DNA from: an uncultured bacterium
GTDB lineage: Bacteria > Muiribacteriota > UBA9980
Length of the DNA stretch: 64,000 nucleotides
Direction: 5' to 3'
Assembly (NCBI GenBank): GCA_964421195.1
Contig: CAYQWL010000003.1
Coordinates: 74-64,073, forward strand
Part shown: positions 42,284 to 51,754 of the stretch, piece after piece
Numbering within the stretch: the stretch's first letter is position 1
How the letters are laid out: every line of letters begins with the position of its first letter
Notes under the pieces: generated by a model
What the model saw: the letters and a program-made list of their open reading frames with translations, nothing else
What the model was told of the DNA's origin: nothing
Databases searched by the model: none
Position numbers and translations under genes: made by a program

Positions 42284-43120
42284 ATGAGTATGGTCGGAAT
42301 AACGGAAGAAGAATTTAAAACTATAAGCGGATTTGTCTATGATAAATTCGGAATAAAGCTCGGCGATCAAAAGAAGACTTTGATCATCGAACGGCTTCAA
42401 AAAATATTACGCACCGGCGGGTTCGATAGCTTCAAACAATATTTTGAACACATCATCAGCGAACCCACCGGAGAAGCCATTCTCACTTTCATAGATAAAG
42501 TATCCACACATCATACATTTTTTTTCAGAGAAAACGACCATTTCGAGTTTTTAAGTAACCACGCGCTTCCTTATTTACTCGATAAATGCACACGCTCCGG
42601 AGAAAGCCCCGACATTAGAATCTGGTGCGCCGGCTGCTCTTCGGGCGAAGAGCCTTACACCGTCGCTATATGCGCAAACGAATTCATCCAGAATAATAAA
42701 TTAAAAATTTCAGATATATCCATCCTCGCCACCGATATTTCAGTCACATCCATATCCAGAGCGTCAAACGGCATATATCCGGCCGCATCGCTCGCCCATG
42801 TTCCGCCGCTGTACAGGCAAAAATATTTCACGCCGGGTCAGGAAGGCGAATTTATAATAAAACCTTTTTTAAAAGACATTATCTTATTCAGACGCCTTAA
42901 TTTAATGCGCGAAAATTATCCATTTAAAGGGCGCTTCGATATAATTTTCTGCCGCAACGTAATGATCTATTTCGATTCGCCCACGCGCGCGGCGCTCATA
43001 AATCGATTCCACCATTATACTAAAGATGGAGGTTATTTATTTATAGGCCATTCAGAATCCATAAACAGAACGACTTCCATTTATAAATATATTAAACCGG
43101 CGGTTTATCAAAAATTATAG
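42284..43120 (+). CDS. cheR: chemotaxis protein methyltransferase CheR
   Basis: An N-terminal helical domain is followed by a SAM-MT fold with IRIWCAGCSSGEEPYTVAI and FCRNVMIYFD motifs. Confidence 0.85.
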   Translation: MSMVGITEEEFKTISGFVYDKFGIKLGDQKKTLIIERLQKILRTGGFDSFKQYFEHIISEPTGEAILTFIDKVSTHHTFFFRENDHFEFLSNHALPYLLDKCTRSGESPDIRIWCAGCSSGEEPYTVAICANEFIQNNKLKISDISILATDISVTSISRASNGIYPAASLAHVPPLYRQKYFTPGQEGEFIIKPFLKDIILFRRLNLMRENYPFKGRFDIIFCRNVMIYFDSPTRAALINRFHHYTKDGGYLFIGHSESINRTTSIYKYIKPAVYQKL

Positions 43121-43252
43121 CAAAATAATATATTAATGCAATGGTTGTAATGTAGTGCATTATGGTGTAAATACAGATATTATATTATGTAGCATAATAA
43201 CCGCACCGCATTATTGTGATGAATACAACATAATTAGTAATAAAAAATAAAA

Positions 43253-44317
43253 ATGCTTATGAATGAAAAACGAATAAAAGTCTTAATAATAGATGATTCA
43301 GCGTTGGTCCGCGAAATCCTTTCAAAAGGGCTCGCGCTCGACAAAGAGCTCGAAATAGTCGGAACGGCTTCCGACCCTTTTATCGCTCGCGATAAAATCA
43401 TTGAATTAAAACCCGATGTTTTAACGCTCGATGTTGAAATGCCGCGTATGGACGGGGTCGAATTTTTAAAAAAACTAATGCCGCAATACCCGCTTCCGGT
43501 AGTAATCGTAAGCGCATTAACTAAAAAAGGCGCCCGGATAACTTTAGAAGCTTTTGAAGCCGGCGCCGTCGAAGTCGTTACCAAACCTTCAAGCGATGTC
43601 GCCCGCGGCCTTACCGCCATGCTCAACGATCTTCGGGCCAAAATAAAAATAGCCGCCGGCACTAACGTATCGGCATGGAAAATAAATAAAAAACCCTCCG
43701 CCGTTATTAAAGCCGACAGTAAAGCGCTTGCCGAATCAACCGATAAAGTAATAGCGATAGGCGCTTCTACAGGCGGCACGGAAGCTATCCGTAAAATTTT
43801 AAAAACTTTTCCAGCCTCGATGCCGGGCGTAATTATCGTTCAGCACATGCCGGCTGGTTTTACGGCGCATTTCGCCGAAAGTCTCAACGCGAACTGCGCT
43901 ATGGAAGTTAAAGAGGCCGTCCATGGCGACCGCATTATGCCCGGCAGAGTGCTCGTAGCGCCAGGCGGCGAAAAACAATGCAGAGTTTTACGTTCCGGCG
44001 GTATTTATATAGCCGATTTAAAACAGGGCGAAAAAGTATGCGGCCATTGTCCGTCGGTAGAAGTAATGTTCGAATCCGTCGCTAAATACGCAGGAGCTAA
44101 CGCTATAGGAATCATTCTCACGGGTATGGGAAGCGACGGCGCCGGCGGAATGCTTATGATGCGTCAGGCGGGTGCGCGAACCATAGCGCAGGACGAACAG
44201 AGCTCGGTGGTTTTCGGCATGCCGAAAGTAGCTTATGAACGCGGCGGCGCCGAAAAATTAGTTCCGCTTTCAGATATAACGCAACGGGTTATATCTATTT
44301 TAGAAGGCCGCGAATAA
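43253..44317 (+). CDS. cheB: chemotaxis response regulator protein-glutamate methylesterase CheB
   Basis: REC domain (VLIIDDSALVRE...VLTLDVEMPRMDG) plus a methylesterase domain with IAIGASTGGTEA and HMPAGFT motifs. Confidence 0.9.
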   Translation: MLMNEKRIKVLIIDDSALVREILSKGLALDKELEIVGTASDPFIARDKIIELKPDVLTLDVEMPRMDGVEFLKKLMPQYPLPVVIVSALTKKGARITLEAFEAGAVEVVTKPSSDVARGLTAMLNDLRAKIKIAAGTNVSAWKINKKPSAVIKADSKALAESTDKVIAIGASTGGTEAIRKILKTFPASMPGVIIVQHMPAGFTAHFAESLNANCAMEVKEAVHGDRIMPGRVLVAPGGEKQCRVLRSGGIYIADLKQGEKVCGHCPSVEVMFESVAKYAGANAIGIILTGMGSDGAGGMLMMRQAGARTIAQDEQSSVVFGMPKVAYERGGAEKLVPLSDITQRVISILEGRE

Positions 44318-44361
44318 GGCTGTGAATAAAGTTTCCATTTATTAAATATAAGGAACAAATT

Positions 44362-44847
44362 ATGAATAATATAATCGTAGGCATAGGCGGAATAGGAATT
44401 TCAAATAAACCGGGCGATATAATAAAAACACTGGCGCTCGGTTCATGCGTGGGCGTTATGGTTTATTCGCCCAAACTATCGCTTGCCGGCCTGATTCACG
44501 TAGCACTGCCCGATTCAAAAATAAACGCCAGCCTCGCTCATGAAAAGCCATGTTATTTCGCGGATACCGGTATTCCTTTTTTACTGGCGGCGCTCGCTAA
44601 ATTCGGATGCCTGCTTTACAGCGATTTAATTATTAAATTAGCGGGAGGCGCTAATATAATGGATCCAGAACAGCGTTTTGATATAGGAACGCGCAATATT
44701 CTCGCCGTCAAAAAAAATCTGTGGCGTTATAAACTCGGACCGCTCGCAGAAGACACCGCCGATACGATCAGCCGTACGGTAAAACTCGAAGTCGCTACGG
44801 GACGGGTTATTTTATCTTCGCCTTCAATTGGGGAGTGGGAAATATGA
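44362..44847 (+). CDS. cheD: chemoreceptor glutamine deamidase CheD
   Basis: 161 aa. LGSCVGVMVYSP matches the CheD catalytic Cys region. The 3' end overlaps cheY. Confidence 0.8.
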   Translation: MNNIIVGIGGIGISNKPGDIIKTLALGSCVGVMVYSPKLSLAGLIHVALPDSKINASLAHEKPCYFADTGIPFLLAALAKFGCLLYSDLIIKLAGGANIMDPEQRFDIGTRNILAVKKNLWRYKLGPLAEDTADTISRTVKLEVATGRVILSSPSIGEWEI

Positions 44848-45215
44848 GCATAGAAACCATAATGATAGTAGATGATTCAGCTATGGCAAGGCTTATCATG
44901 AAACAATGCCTTGAAATAGCCGGATACCGCGGCAAACAATTTATCGAAGCGATCAACGGAAAAGACGCGCTCGAAAAATTAATTAAACAAAAAGCGGACC
45001 TCGTCGTTACTGACCTTAATATGCCGGTAATGGAAGGAAACGCTTTATTAGACAATATAAAAAATACGCCGGAGCTCAAAGAAACACCGGTGATAATAAT
45101 TACAAGCAACAGCAATTCCGCGCGTGAAACGGAATTAAAAAATAAAGGGGCCTTCGCGGTTATCAACAAACCGATTTCACCGGCCGTAATCCATAAAATA
45201 TGTTCTCAATTATAA
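44835..45215 (+). CDS. cheY: chemotaxis response regulator CheY
   Basis: 126 aa REC domain with IMIVDDSAMAR, VVTDLNMPVMEG, IIITSNS and VINKP. Confidence 0.85.
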   Translation: MGNMSIETIMIVDDSAMARLIMKQCLEIAGYRGKQFIEAINGKDALEKLIKQKADLVVTDLNMPVMEGNALLDNIKNTPELKETPVIIITSNSNSARETELKNKGAFAVINKPISPAVIHKICSQL

Positions 45216-45227
45216 AGGAGGAAAACC

Positions 45228-45701
45228 GTGAATCAGTCCTGCGATTATAAAAAAATACTGACGGATTCAATAATGCGCACTCTCGAAGAAATCGCCTTCA
45301 TCCAGCTTATCGAAATTCAGACGGAAACGCTCGATACGACGAGCCCCGATTACATGCAGGACATGCTTTCCGTATATATGCCGGTTAAAGCCAAATATGG
45401 CATTTTAATAATGAGCGCTTCAAGTGAAATATTAGAAGAAACGGCGTGCAACATATTTGCATTAGAACCCGGAACACGGCCTGGACCCGAAATGATCAAC
45501 GACACTCTTTCAGAATTATTAAATACGATTTCCGGACAATTCATGAGGGCCATAACTCCCGTAAACGAATTTTACGAACTCGGACTTCCGGTAACTGGAA
45601 ATTTTGATCTAAAAACGATCGAAGGCGAAGCCGTCAACTGCGCTTTTGAAAACGAAAACGGCGCGAAACTTTTAATTTCTTATATAAAAATATCGAAATA
45701 A
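45228..45701 (+). CDS. cheX: CheX/CheC-family CheY-P phosphatase (single-motif, CheX-like)
   Basis: 157 aa. LSELLNTISGQF fits the CheC/CheX-family E-x2-N active motif. Size and single motif favour CheX, and the gene lies directly after cheY. Confidence 0.55.
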   Translation: MNQSCDYKKILTDSIMRTLEEIAFIQLIEIQTETLDTTSPDYMQDMLSVYMPVKAKYGILIMSASSEILEETACNIFALEPGTRPGPEMINDTLSELLNTISGQFMRAITPVNEFYELGLPVTGNFDLKTIEGEAVNCAFENENGAKLLISYIKISK

Positions 45702-45803
45702 CCGTTAAAAATATTTCTTTATTAACCTTATAAATAATCAAAAACGGGCGTAAAAAAGCGATATTATACTTTTTTAATAATATAAATGTAATTATTTTTA
45801 AAA

Positions 45804-47696
45804 TTAAAAATTAGCGGCCGATGAAGTTCCGAGCGCCGCCGCTCCTATAGCGCCCATAAACTGCGCGTCGGGCGGAACTATTATTTTTTTAAAACCTGAG
45901 TTAGATTTTAGTATTTCTAAAAAAGCTTTATTATGGCTTATACCCGATGTTACTACGAGAATTCCCGACTGCGAACGATGCGCTTCAAGAAGAGGAGCGA
46001 TACGGGCATAAACGGTATAATTAACGCCCGCCATTATTTTTTTAATATCCACTCCGGCTATTAATTTAGCGATCAGTTCAGTCTCTCCAAATGTCGCACA
46101 GGTTATAGAAAGCGGTTCAGGATCAAGATAATGTTTTGATATTTCACCAAGATCCGCCTTTAAAATTCGAGCCATATTTTCTATATACCTTCCTGAACCG
46201 GCGGCGCACTTATCGTTCATTGAAAAACCTTCAACGGCGCCTCCGCTCACTTCCATTACCTTAATATCCTGTCCGCCGACGTCAAGAAGCGTAAAGTTTT
46301 TAAGGCCTGATGCGTAAACCGCGCCAGCCGCATGACATTCTATTTCGGAAAAAGGCATTGCATCGAAAATTGAAGCCCTATAACGGCCGTATCCGGTAGA
46401 AAAATATTCCATTTTATTAATATTTTCAATATTTTTTTCACCCGATGTCTCAAAAAGATTCAAAATATCCGAATTAAATCTTTCGAAAGCGTTATGTTTA
46501 TTTTCTACGCTTAAATATTTAATTATAAAATCCATAGTTTCATAAATTTCTAAAAATTTGCGGCCGTTTACGAAACAGGCTATTTTAACCGAACGAGATC
46601 CAAGATCTATTCCGGCGGCGCAACGAATACGATTCATTAAATCGATCTTTTTCGATTTCCGTCTATATTTTTTCTTTTCAACGTTTAAAATAAAGCTTTC
46701 AATTTTAAGCCGGTCATTTTCATTAAGCGGCGCCGGACGATCACCTTCGATCGTAAGCACGGGAAAATCGCCAAGCTCGTTTTTTAAAATTCCATCTTCT
46801 ATTTGATGAAAACAAAAACTTTGAACATAATGTATCAAACAATCGAGCCGTCTTTCGTCAACGGCTTTTTTTATATCTTTCAGACGGTTGCTAAAAGAAT
46901 AAGGATATGTATAATTACGGTACGTTTCGCAAAGATCGAGTCCTATACAGTCTATCAACGAAAACTGCTTTTGAGTTTCGTTATAAATAATTTCTGAACC
47001 GAACGAAGAAATATAATCATAATAATCGCTGAAAACCGGAGGTATTCCGACATGGCCGATGCGCAGTGAAACGCTTTTAGACGGCCGCGCTTCGACTTGT
47101 TTTAAAAACGATTTCATGTCTTCATAAAATACAGCCGGATTACGATTAAAATCAGAAGCCGAAATTAAATTGAGATGGTTTTCAAATCCGCTCACCTTAA
47201 GTTCTTTATAAGTAAGTTCATCCATACGCTTTAATATTAAGCGGCAGCGATCAAATTCCGATTTGATTTTTTCGCATGAATCAATATCGGCGCCATAATA
47301 ATTTATAAACCGCATAATTTCATTTTCAAGCCTTTTACGGTCGCCGTTCAAAGGATACTCGAACGAAAATATTTTAATATTATGATAAGCTAATATATCT
47401 GAAATTGGAATGGTGTGAGCGCAATCGCCTTCGGTAACGATTACCGCGTTTTTTAATTTTAAAAACACGGCCGCCGCCATTACGCCGCGCGTCCAGCAGC
47501 ATACCGCGCGAGGCGCAAGCCCCGAAGAAAGTTTTAACAGCTCATCCGGCGAGCGGGACGCTATAAAAATATTATTTAAATCGACCGGGATCAGGCCGGC
47601 CGAATAAATAACTTCGATTGGTACAGTAGAACTTATACCTACAAGCTTTTCAATATCGTTTTTTAATTCGGAATAATTCGAAAGGATATCTATCAT
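45804..47696 (-). CDS. fusion protein: 2-hydroxyacyl-CoA dehydratase D/beta-component-like domain + BadF/BadG/BcrA/BcrD (HgdC-like) ATPase activator
   Basis: The N-terminal ~360 aa has Cys motifs (CCWTRG, GDCAH) as in HgdB-like dehydratase components. The C-terminal ~270 aa has the actin-fold start AAGIDLGSRSVKIA and the cluster-bridging NDKCAAGSGRY motif of dehydratase activators. Confidence 0.65.
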   Translation of the reverse strand: MIDILSNYSELKNDIEKLVGISSTVPIEVIYSAGLIPVDLNNIFIASRSPDELLKLSSGLAPRAVCCWTRGVMAAAVFLKLKNAVIVTEGDCAHTIPISDILAYHNIKIFSFEYPLNGDRKRLENEIMRFINYYGADIDSCEKIKSEFDRCRLILKRMDELTYKELKVSGFENHLNLISASDFNRNPAVFYEDMKSFLKQVEARPSKSVSLRIGHVGIPPVFSDYYDYISSFGSEIIYNETQKQFSLIDCIGLDLCETYRNYTYPYSFSNRLKDIKKAVDERRLDCLIHYVQSFCFHQIEDGILKNELGDFPVLTIEGDRPAPLNENDRLKIESFILNVEKKKYRRKSKKIDLMNRIRCAAGIDLGSRSVKIACFVNGRKFLEIYETMDFIIKYLSVENKHNAFERFNSDILNLFETSGEKNIENINKMEYFSTGYGRYRASIFDAMPFSEIECHAAGAVYASGLKNFTLLDVGGQDIKVMEVSGGAVEGFSMNDKCAAGSGRYIENMARILKADLGEISKHYLDPEPLSITCATFGETELIAKLIAGVDIKKIMAGVNYTVYARIAPLLEAHRSQSGILVVTSGISHNKAFLEILKSNSGFKKIIVPPDAQFMGAIGAAALGTSSAANF

Positions 47697-47813
47697 TTAT
47701 TTATAATAGCATCAGATAAAATAACAAAACCTACCTGCCATAATATATATTATGTAGATAGCAACATAAATTATTAAATTTTTCAATGCGTATTTTTAAA
47801 AAATAAAAATTAT

Positions 47814-48077
47814 TTATTTTCCGCTCTGAACTATAAATTTAATCGCCGTTTTTTCTTCGTTATTAATTTCAATTTTATAAAAAGCTATAACAGTAACTAA
47901 ATTTATACCTTTTGGCGCCACAAATCCCCGCGCTATAGCGATAGCTTTTACCGCCTGATTTACCGCCGCCGCTCCGACCGCATGAAGTTCGACTTCTTTG
48001 TCTTTTTCAACCACTGCTGCAAGAGCGCCAGCGACCGCTTTTGAATTCGACTGTGCTGCGACTTTAAGCTGTTCCAC
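47814..48077 (-). CDS. spoVS: SpoVS-family protein (stage V sporulation protein S homolog)
   Basis: 87 aa. LKVAAQSNSKAVAGALAAVV...AVGAAAVNQAVKAIAIARGFVAPKGINLV is near-identical in pattern to Bacillus SpoVS. Confidence 0.8.
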   Translation of the reverse strand: MEQLKVAAQSNSKAVAGALAAVVEKDKEVELHAVGAAAVNQAVKAIAIARGFVAPKGINLVTVIAFYKIEINNEEKTAIKFIVQSGK

Positions 48078-48106
48078 TTAGATGCCTCCTTACTAACGAT
48101 TGGCCG

Positions 48107-49225
48107 TTATATTAATTTTTTAATATAGCGCATTAAAACGCCCGGCCGGGTTAATGCGTATGCTGGTTCATTATTTTCTGCCGATATTAGTATATAATCC
48201 ATTATGTCGTTATTATATAACATTTTATTTTTAAATTCAAGAAATAAATCATTATTTTTAATAATATTATTTTTTTTATACCCTACTAAATAATTCAAGA
48301 TTTTTTCTTCAAGAACGGAAATTATAATTTTATATTTTATATCGAATTTTTCACGAATTATATCATAAACCACTGAATGGATAAGTCCTTCGGCGATTTC
48401 TCTTAAATTAGGATAAGCCGGACCCGCAAGCGCCTGCTTGCGAAAATTATCATTTTCTAATATTCCAGCTCTTATTACCTTAATTTTATTTAATTCAAAT
48501 ACCGCCATCGCATAAGCGGTTTCTTCTATAAGTTCATCGTCCGGACGCGGTTTAAATTTACCTTCATTAAAAAGTCCGCCAAGTTTAGAGCCCGAAAGAA
48601 CGCATAACGGATGAATTCTTACATAATCAGGCGAAAGAGCGACGGTTCTGGCCACGTCATCTTTAAAAATAAGACGGTCCTGTCCGGGCAGGCCGCACAT
48701 TAAATGAACGCTTAATTCAAAGCCGTATCGTTTTATAGATTCACATGCGCCGGCGGCCGTTTGCGGGCCGTAACCGCGTCCCGATTTTTCAAGCACGCCG
48801 GCGTTAAAAGATTCTACTCCTATTTCAATAATTTTAACCATATTTTTTTTTAAATAAGACAATATTTCATCGTTTATATAATCCGGTCTGGTAGCGACAC
48901 GAAATCCTTTAAATTCGATGCCGTGTTTTGTAATATCCGCCAGATTCATAGCGGCGTTAGCCGATTCAAAATACAAACCCTGACGTTTTATGGAAAGCGC
49001 CGTAAACGTGCCTCCATAAAAAGCGATTTCAATATCACATCTTTTTTTCTCATGACCGTCCTTAATAAGAGCGGATATAAAATTTTCAATATAAGCTTTT
49101 ACATCTTCAGCCTCGCAGGGCGCGCCGCCGGACGCCGCCTGGTTACAAAATACGCACCTGCCGGCATCCGGGCATCCGGCATTATTCAAAAAAATGGGTA
49201 TAATAATATAATTAAGACGGCCCAT
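48107..49225 (-). CDS. radical SAM protein (ELP3/YhcC-like core with C-terminal extension)
   Basis: GCPDAGRCVFCN is a Cx5Cx2C cluster motif near the N-terminus. A TIM-barrel-like radical SAM core follows (FYGGTFTA, IEIGVESF), then ~90 aa of extension. The stop lies 29 nt upstream of spoVS. Confidence 0.65.
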   Translation of the reverse strand: MGRLNYIIIPIFLNNAGCPDAGRCVFCNQAASGGAPCEAEDVKAYIENFISALIKDGHEKKRCDIEIAFYGGTFTALSIKRQGLYFESANAAMNLADITKHGIEFKGFRVATRPDYINDEILSYLKKNMVKIIEIGVESFNAGVLEKSGRGYGPQTAAGACESIKRYGFELSVHLMCGLPGQDRLIFKDDVARTVALSPDYVRIHPLCVLSGSKLGGLFNEGKFKPRPDDELIEETAYAMAVFELNKIKVIRAGILENDNFRKQALAGPAYPNLREIAEGLIHSVVYDIIREKFDIKYKIIISVLEEKILNYLVGYKKNNIIKNNDLFLEFKNKMLYNNDIMDYILISAENNEPAYALTRPGVLMRYIKKLI

Positions 49226-49395
49226 TCAGGACACATCCTCTCTATCCAATCAAAAATTTAATGCTTTATCGCCTATATCCATTATAATTTTGAGAGTTTT
49301 GATAAATAGCTCCGAACATATACAATAAAAAATAAGCTCTTTTTTATTTTGTATGGGTAGTCGGGTGCCAGAAAATATATTCATAATAAACTTTT

Positions 49396-50136
49396 TTATT
49401 TTTCGTGGCGGGAATTTTTATAATCGCTTTCGACTTCCATAATATGTTTATAAGCATTAGCAGCGGATATTTGCTCGGCCTCTTTTCTGACTCTGGCCAT
49501 ACCGGTTCCAAGCTGAATTTCATTTATTTCAACGGCCACTATAAATGTTTTGTCATGTTCAGGGCCGAGAGTTTTAATAAGCCGGTAATCAGGCTTGACT
49601 CCGTAATTTTTTAAAGCATACTCCTGAAGAATGGATTTATGGTTTACGCCTTCGTCTTTACGGGTAAATTTCACTATTTCCGGATAAAGATTATGTATAA
49701 CAAATTCATAAGCGAAATCAATTTTTTTTGAATCGAGATAAATAGCCGAAACTATGGCTTCAAATACATCCGCAAGTATCGACGGCTTGTTTTTACCGCC
49801 GTTTTGTTCTTCACCCCTGCCCAATTGTATATATTCATTGATATTAATTTTAGCCGCGGCCTTCGCCAGAGCAGCTTCAGACACTACAAAATTCTTTATT
49901 TTCGAAATTTCGCCTTCTTTTAACTCCGAATTCGAATTAAACAAAAAATCGACCACGATAAAACCGAGAAGAGAATCACCAAGTACTTCGAGCCTCTCGT
50001 AATCGTAATCGATTTTATGTTCATTCGCGAACGAAGCGTGCGTTAACGCTTCGTTCAATAAAGACAGATCGTTAAATTTATAATTTAAATTGCATTCAAA
50101 AGTATGAAGCGTGGTTCTTCTTATAAAATCATCCAT
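49396..50136 (-). CDS. rnc: ribonuclease III
   Basis: EALTHASFANE...ERLEVLGDSLL is the RNase III signature. A C-terminal dsRBD is present. 246 aa. Confidence 0.9.
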   Translation of the reverse strand: MDDFIRRTTLHTFECNLNYKFNDLSLLNEALTHASFANEHKIDYDYERLEVLGDSLLGFIVVDFLFNSNSELKEGEISKIKNFVVSEAALAKAAAKININEYIQLGRGEEQNGGKNKPSILADVFEAIVSAIYLDSKKIDFAYEFVIHNLYPEIVKFTRKDEGVNHKSILQEYALKNYGVKPDYRLIKTLGPEHDKTFIVAVEINEIQLGTGMARVRKEAEQISAANAYKHIMEVESDYKNSRHEK

Positions 50137-50142
50137 TAACGG

Positions 50143-51381
50143 TTAAACGTATTTCTTCAAACAAATCGTAGCATTATGACCGCCGAATCCGAATGAATTC
50201 GAAATAGCGAAATTAATTATCCGTTCTTTAACCGTATTGGGTGTATAATCGAGATCGAGTTCGGGATCGGGATTAATATAATTAATCGTCGGCGGTATTT
50301 TATTTTCTTTAATAGCCATAGCGGAAGCTATAGCCTCGACCGCCGCTGCCGCTCCAAGTAAATGGCCCGTCATGGATTTAGTCGAAGAAATAGACACTTT
50401 CTTCGCATAATCGCCAAATACCGCTTTAATAGCCATAGTTTCGTATTTATCGTTAAGATCGGTCGATGTTCCATGAGCGTTTATATAATCGATTTTATCA
50501 GGTTGTATCCGGGCTTCTTTTAAAGCGAGCTGCATACATTTAATCGCGCCCGCGCCGCTGTCGCTCGGAGCGGTTATATGAAACGCGTCACAGGTTGCGC
50601 CATATCCAATAATTTCGGCATATATTTTAGCGCCGCGCGCTTTCGCGTGTTCTAACTCTTCGAGTATCAAAACCCCGGCTCCCTCGCCGATAACAAAACC
50701 ATCGCGGTCTTTATTAAAAGGACGCGACGCGGTTTTAACGTCGTCGTTTCTCTGTGAAAACGCACGCAGCGAAGAAAAACCGGCATAAGTCAGCGGAGTG
50801 ATAGCGGCTTCCGAGCCGCCTGTAAACATTATATCCTGGGCCCCTCGTTTAATAGTTTCAAAAGCCTCGCCGATAGCATGATTTGCAGACGCGCAGGCCG
50901 TAACCGTAGTAAAGTTAACGCCGCGCGCGCCTAATTGAATGGCGATCTGCCCGGCGGCCATATTTCCTATCATCATCGGCACTAAAAGAGGCGAAACGCG
51001 TCCAGGTCCTTTAGCTTTTAAAACCTCGTACTGCGCTTCAAAAGTCTGTATTCCGCCGATACCCGAACCGAGAATAACGCCAAGCATATCCCGGTCGATG
51101 GAATCGAGATTAATGCCCGAATCAGCGAGCGCCATTTTAGCGGCCGCGACGCCGAATTGAGTAAAACGGTCCATTCTTTTAGCGTCTTTTTTTTCTATAA
51201 ATTCTTCGCAGTTGAAGTCTTTAACTTCAGCCGCCATTTTTGACGAATAATTCGTTATATCGAAGGCTTTAACCACATCCACGCCATTAGCGCCGGTTAA
51301 AAGGCCGTTCCAGAATTTTTCGAGACCGGTTCCGATAGGGCTTACTACGCCCATACCTGTTATTACCACCCTGCGGGACAT
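50143..51381 (-). CDS. fabF: 3-oxoacyl-[ACP] synthase II
   Basis: 412 aa KAS II. Active-site Cys is in TVTACASANHAI and the His/His are in YINAHGTST and GHLLGAAAA. Confidence 0.9.
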   Translation of the reverse strand: MSRRVVITGMGVVSPIGTGLEKFWNGLLTGANGVDVVKAFDITNYSSKMAAEVKDFNCEEFIEKKDAKRMDRFTQFGVAAAKMALADSGINLDSIDRDMLGVILGSGIGGIQTFEAQYEVLKAKGPGRVSPLLVPMMIGNMAAGQIAIQLGARGVNFTTVTACASANHAIGEAFETIKRGAQDIMFTGGSEAAITPLTYAGFSSLRAFSQRNDDVKTASRPFNKDRDGFVIGEGAGVLILEELEHAKARGAKIYAEIIGYGATCDAFHITAPSDSGAGAIKCMQLALKEARIQPDKIDYINAHGTSTDLNDKYETMAIKAVFGDYAKKVSISSTKSMTGHLLGAAAAVEAIASAMAIKENKIPPTINYINPDPELDLDYTPNTVKERIINFAISNSFGFGGHNATICLKKYV

Positions 51382-51491
51382 CTTATCGTTTCCTCCAATC
51401 GTTTTTTACGCTCATCAAATAACATAGCCCGATTATCAATCATATACCGGAAGGTAAACATTGATAAAAGGGCTATCAAGTCGTTCTATGA

Positions 51492-51749
51492 TTAAGCTTT
51501 TGCTTTCATTATATATTCTACGGCCTGATGAACGGTCCTGATTTTTTCAGATTCATCATCAGGTATGTTAATGTCGAATTCTTCTTCGAGCTTCATTATG
51601 ATTTCAACTAACGCTAACGAATCAGCGTTGAGATCTTCCTGAAAATTAGATTCTTTTTTTATCGATGATTCTTCGACACCCAGTTCTTCGACAGCTATTT
51701 TTACCACTTTTTCATAAACGCTTTCGTAGGTAAGACTCACTTGCGTCAC
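51492..51749 (-). CDS. acpP: acyl carrier protein
   Basis: 85 aa with the phosphopantetheine-attachment motif DLNADSLALVEIIM. Confidence 0.85.
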   Translation of the reverse strand: MTQVSLTYESVYEKVVKIAVEELGVEESSIKKESNFQEDLNADSLALVEIIMKLEEEFDINIPDDESEKIRTVHQAVEYIMKAKA

Positions 51750-51754
51750 CCCCT

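Noticed and set aside
43234-43779. 181 aa minus-strand ORF overlapping cheB
   Set aside because: It is antisense to a CheB gene with intact REC and methylesterase motifs. The Ala/Ser-rich composition is typical of an out-of-frame shadow ORF in GC-skewed codons.
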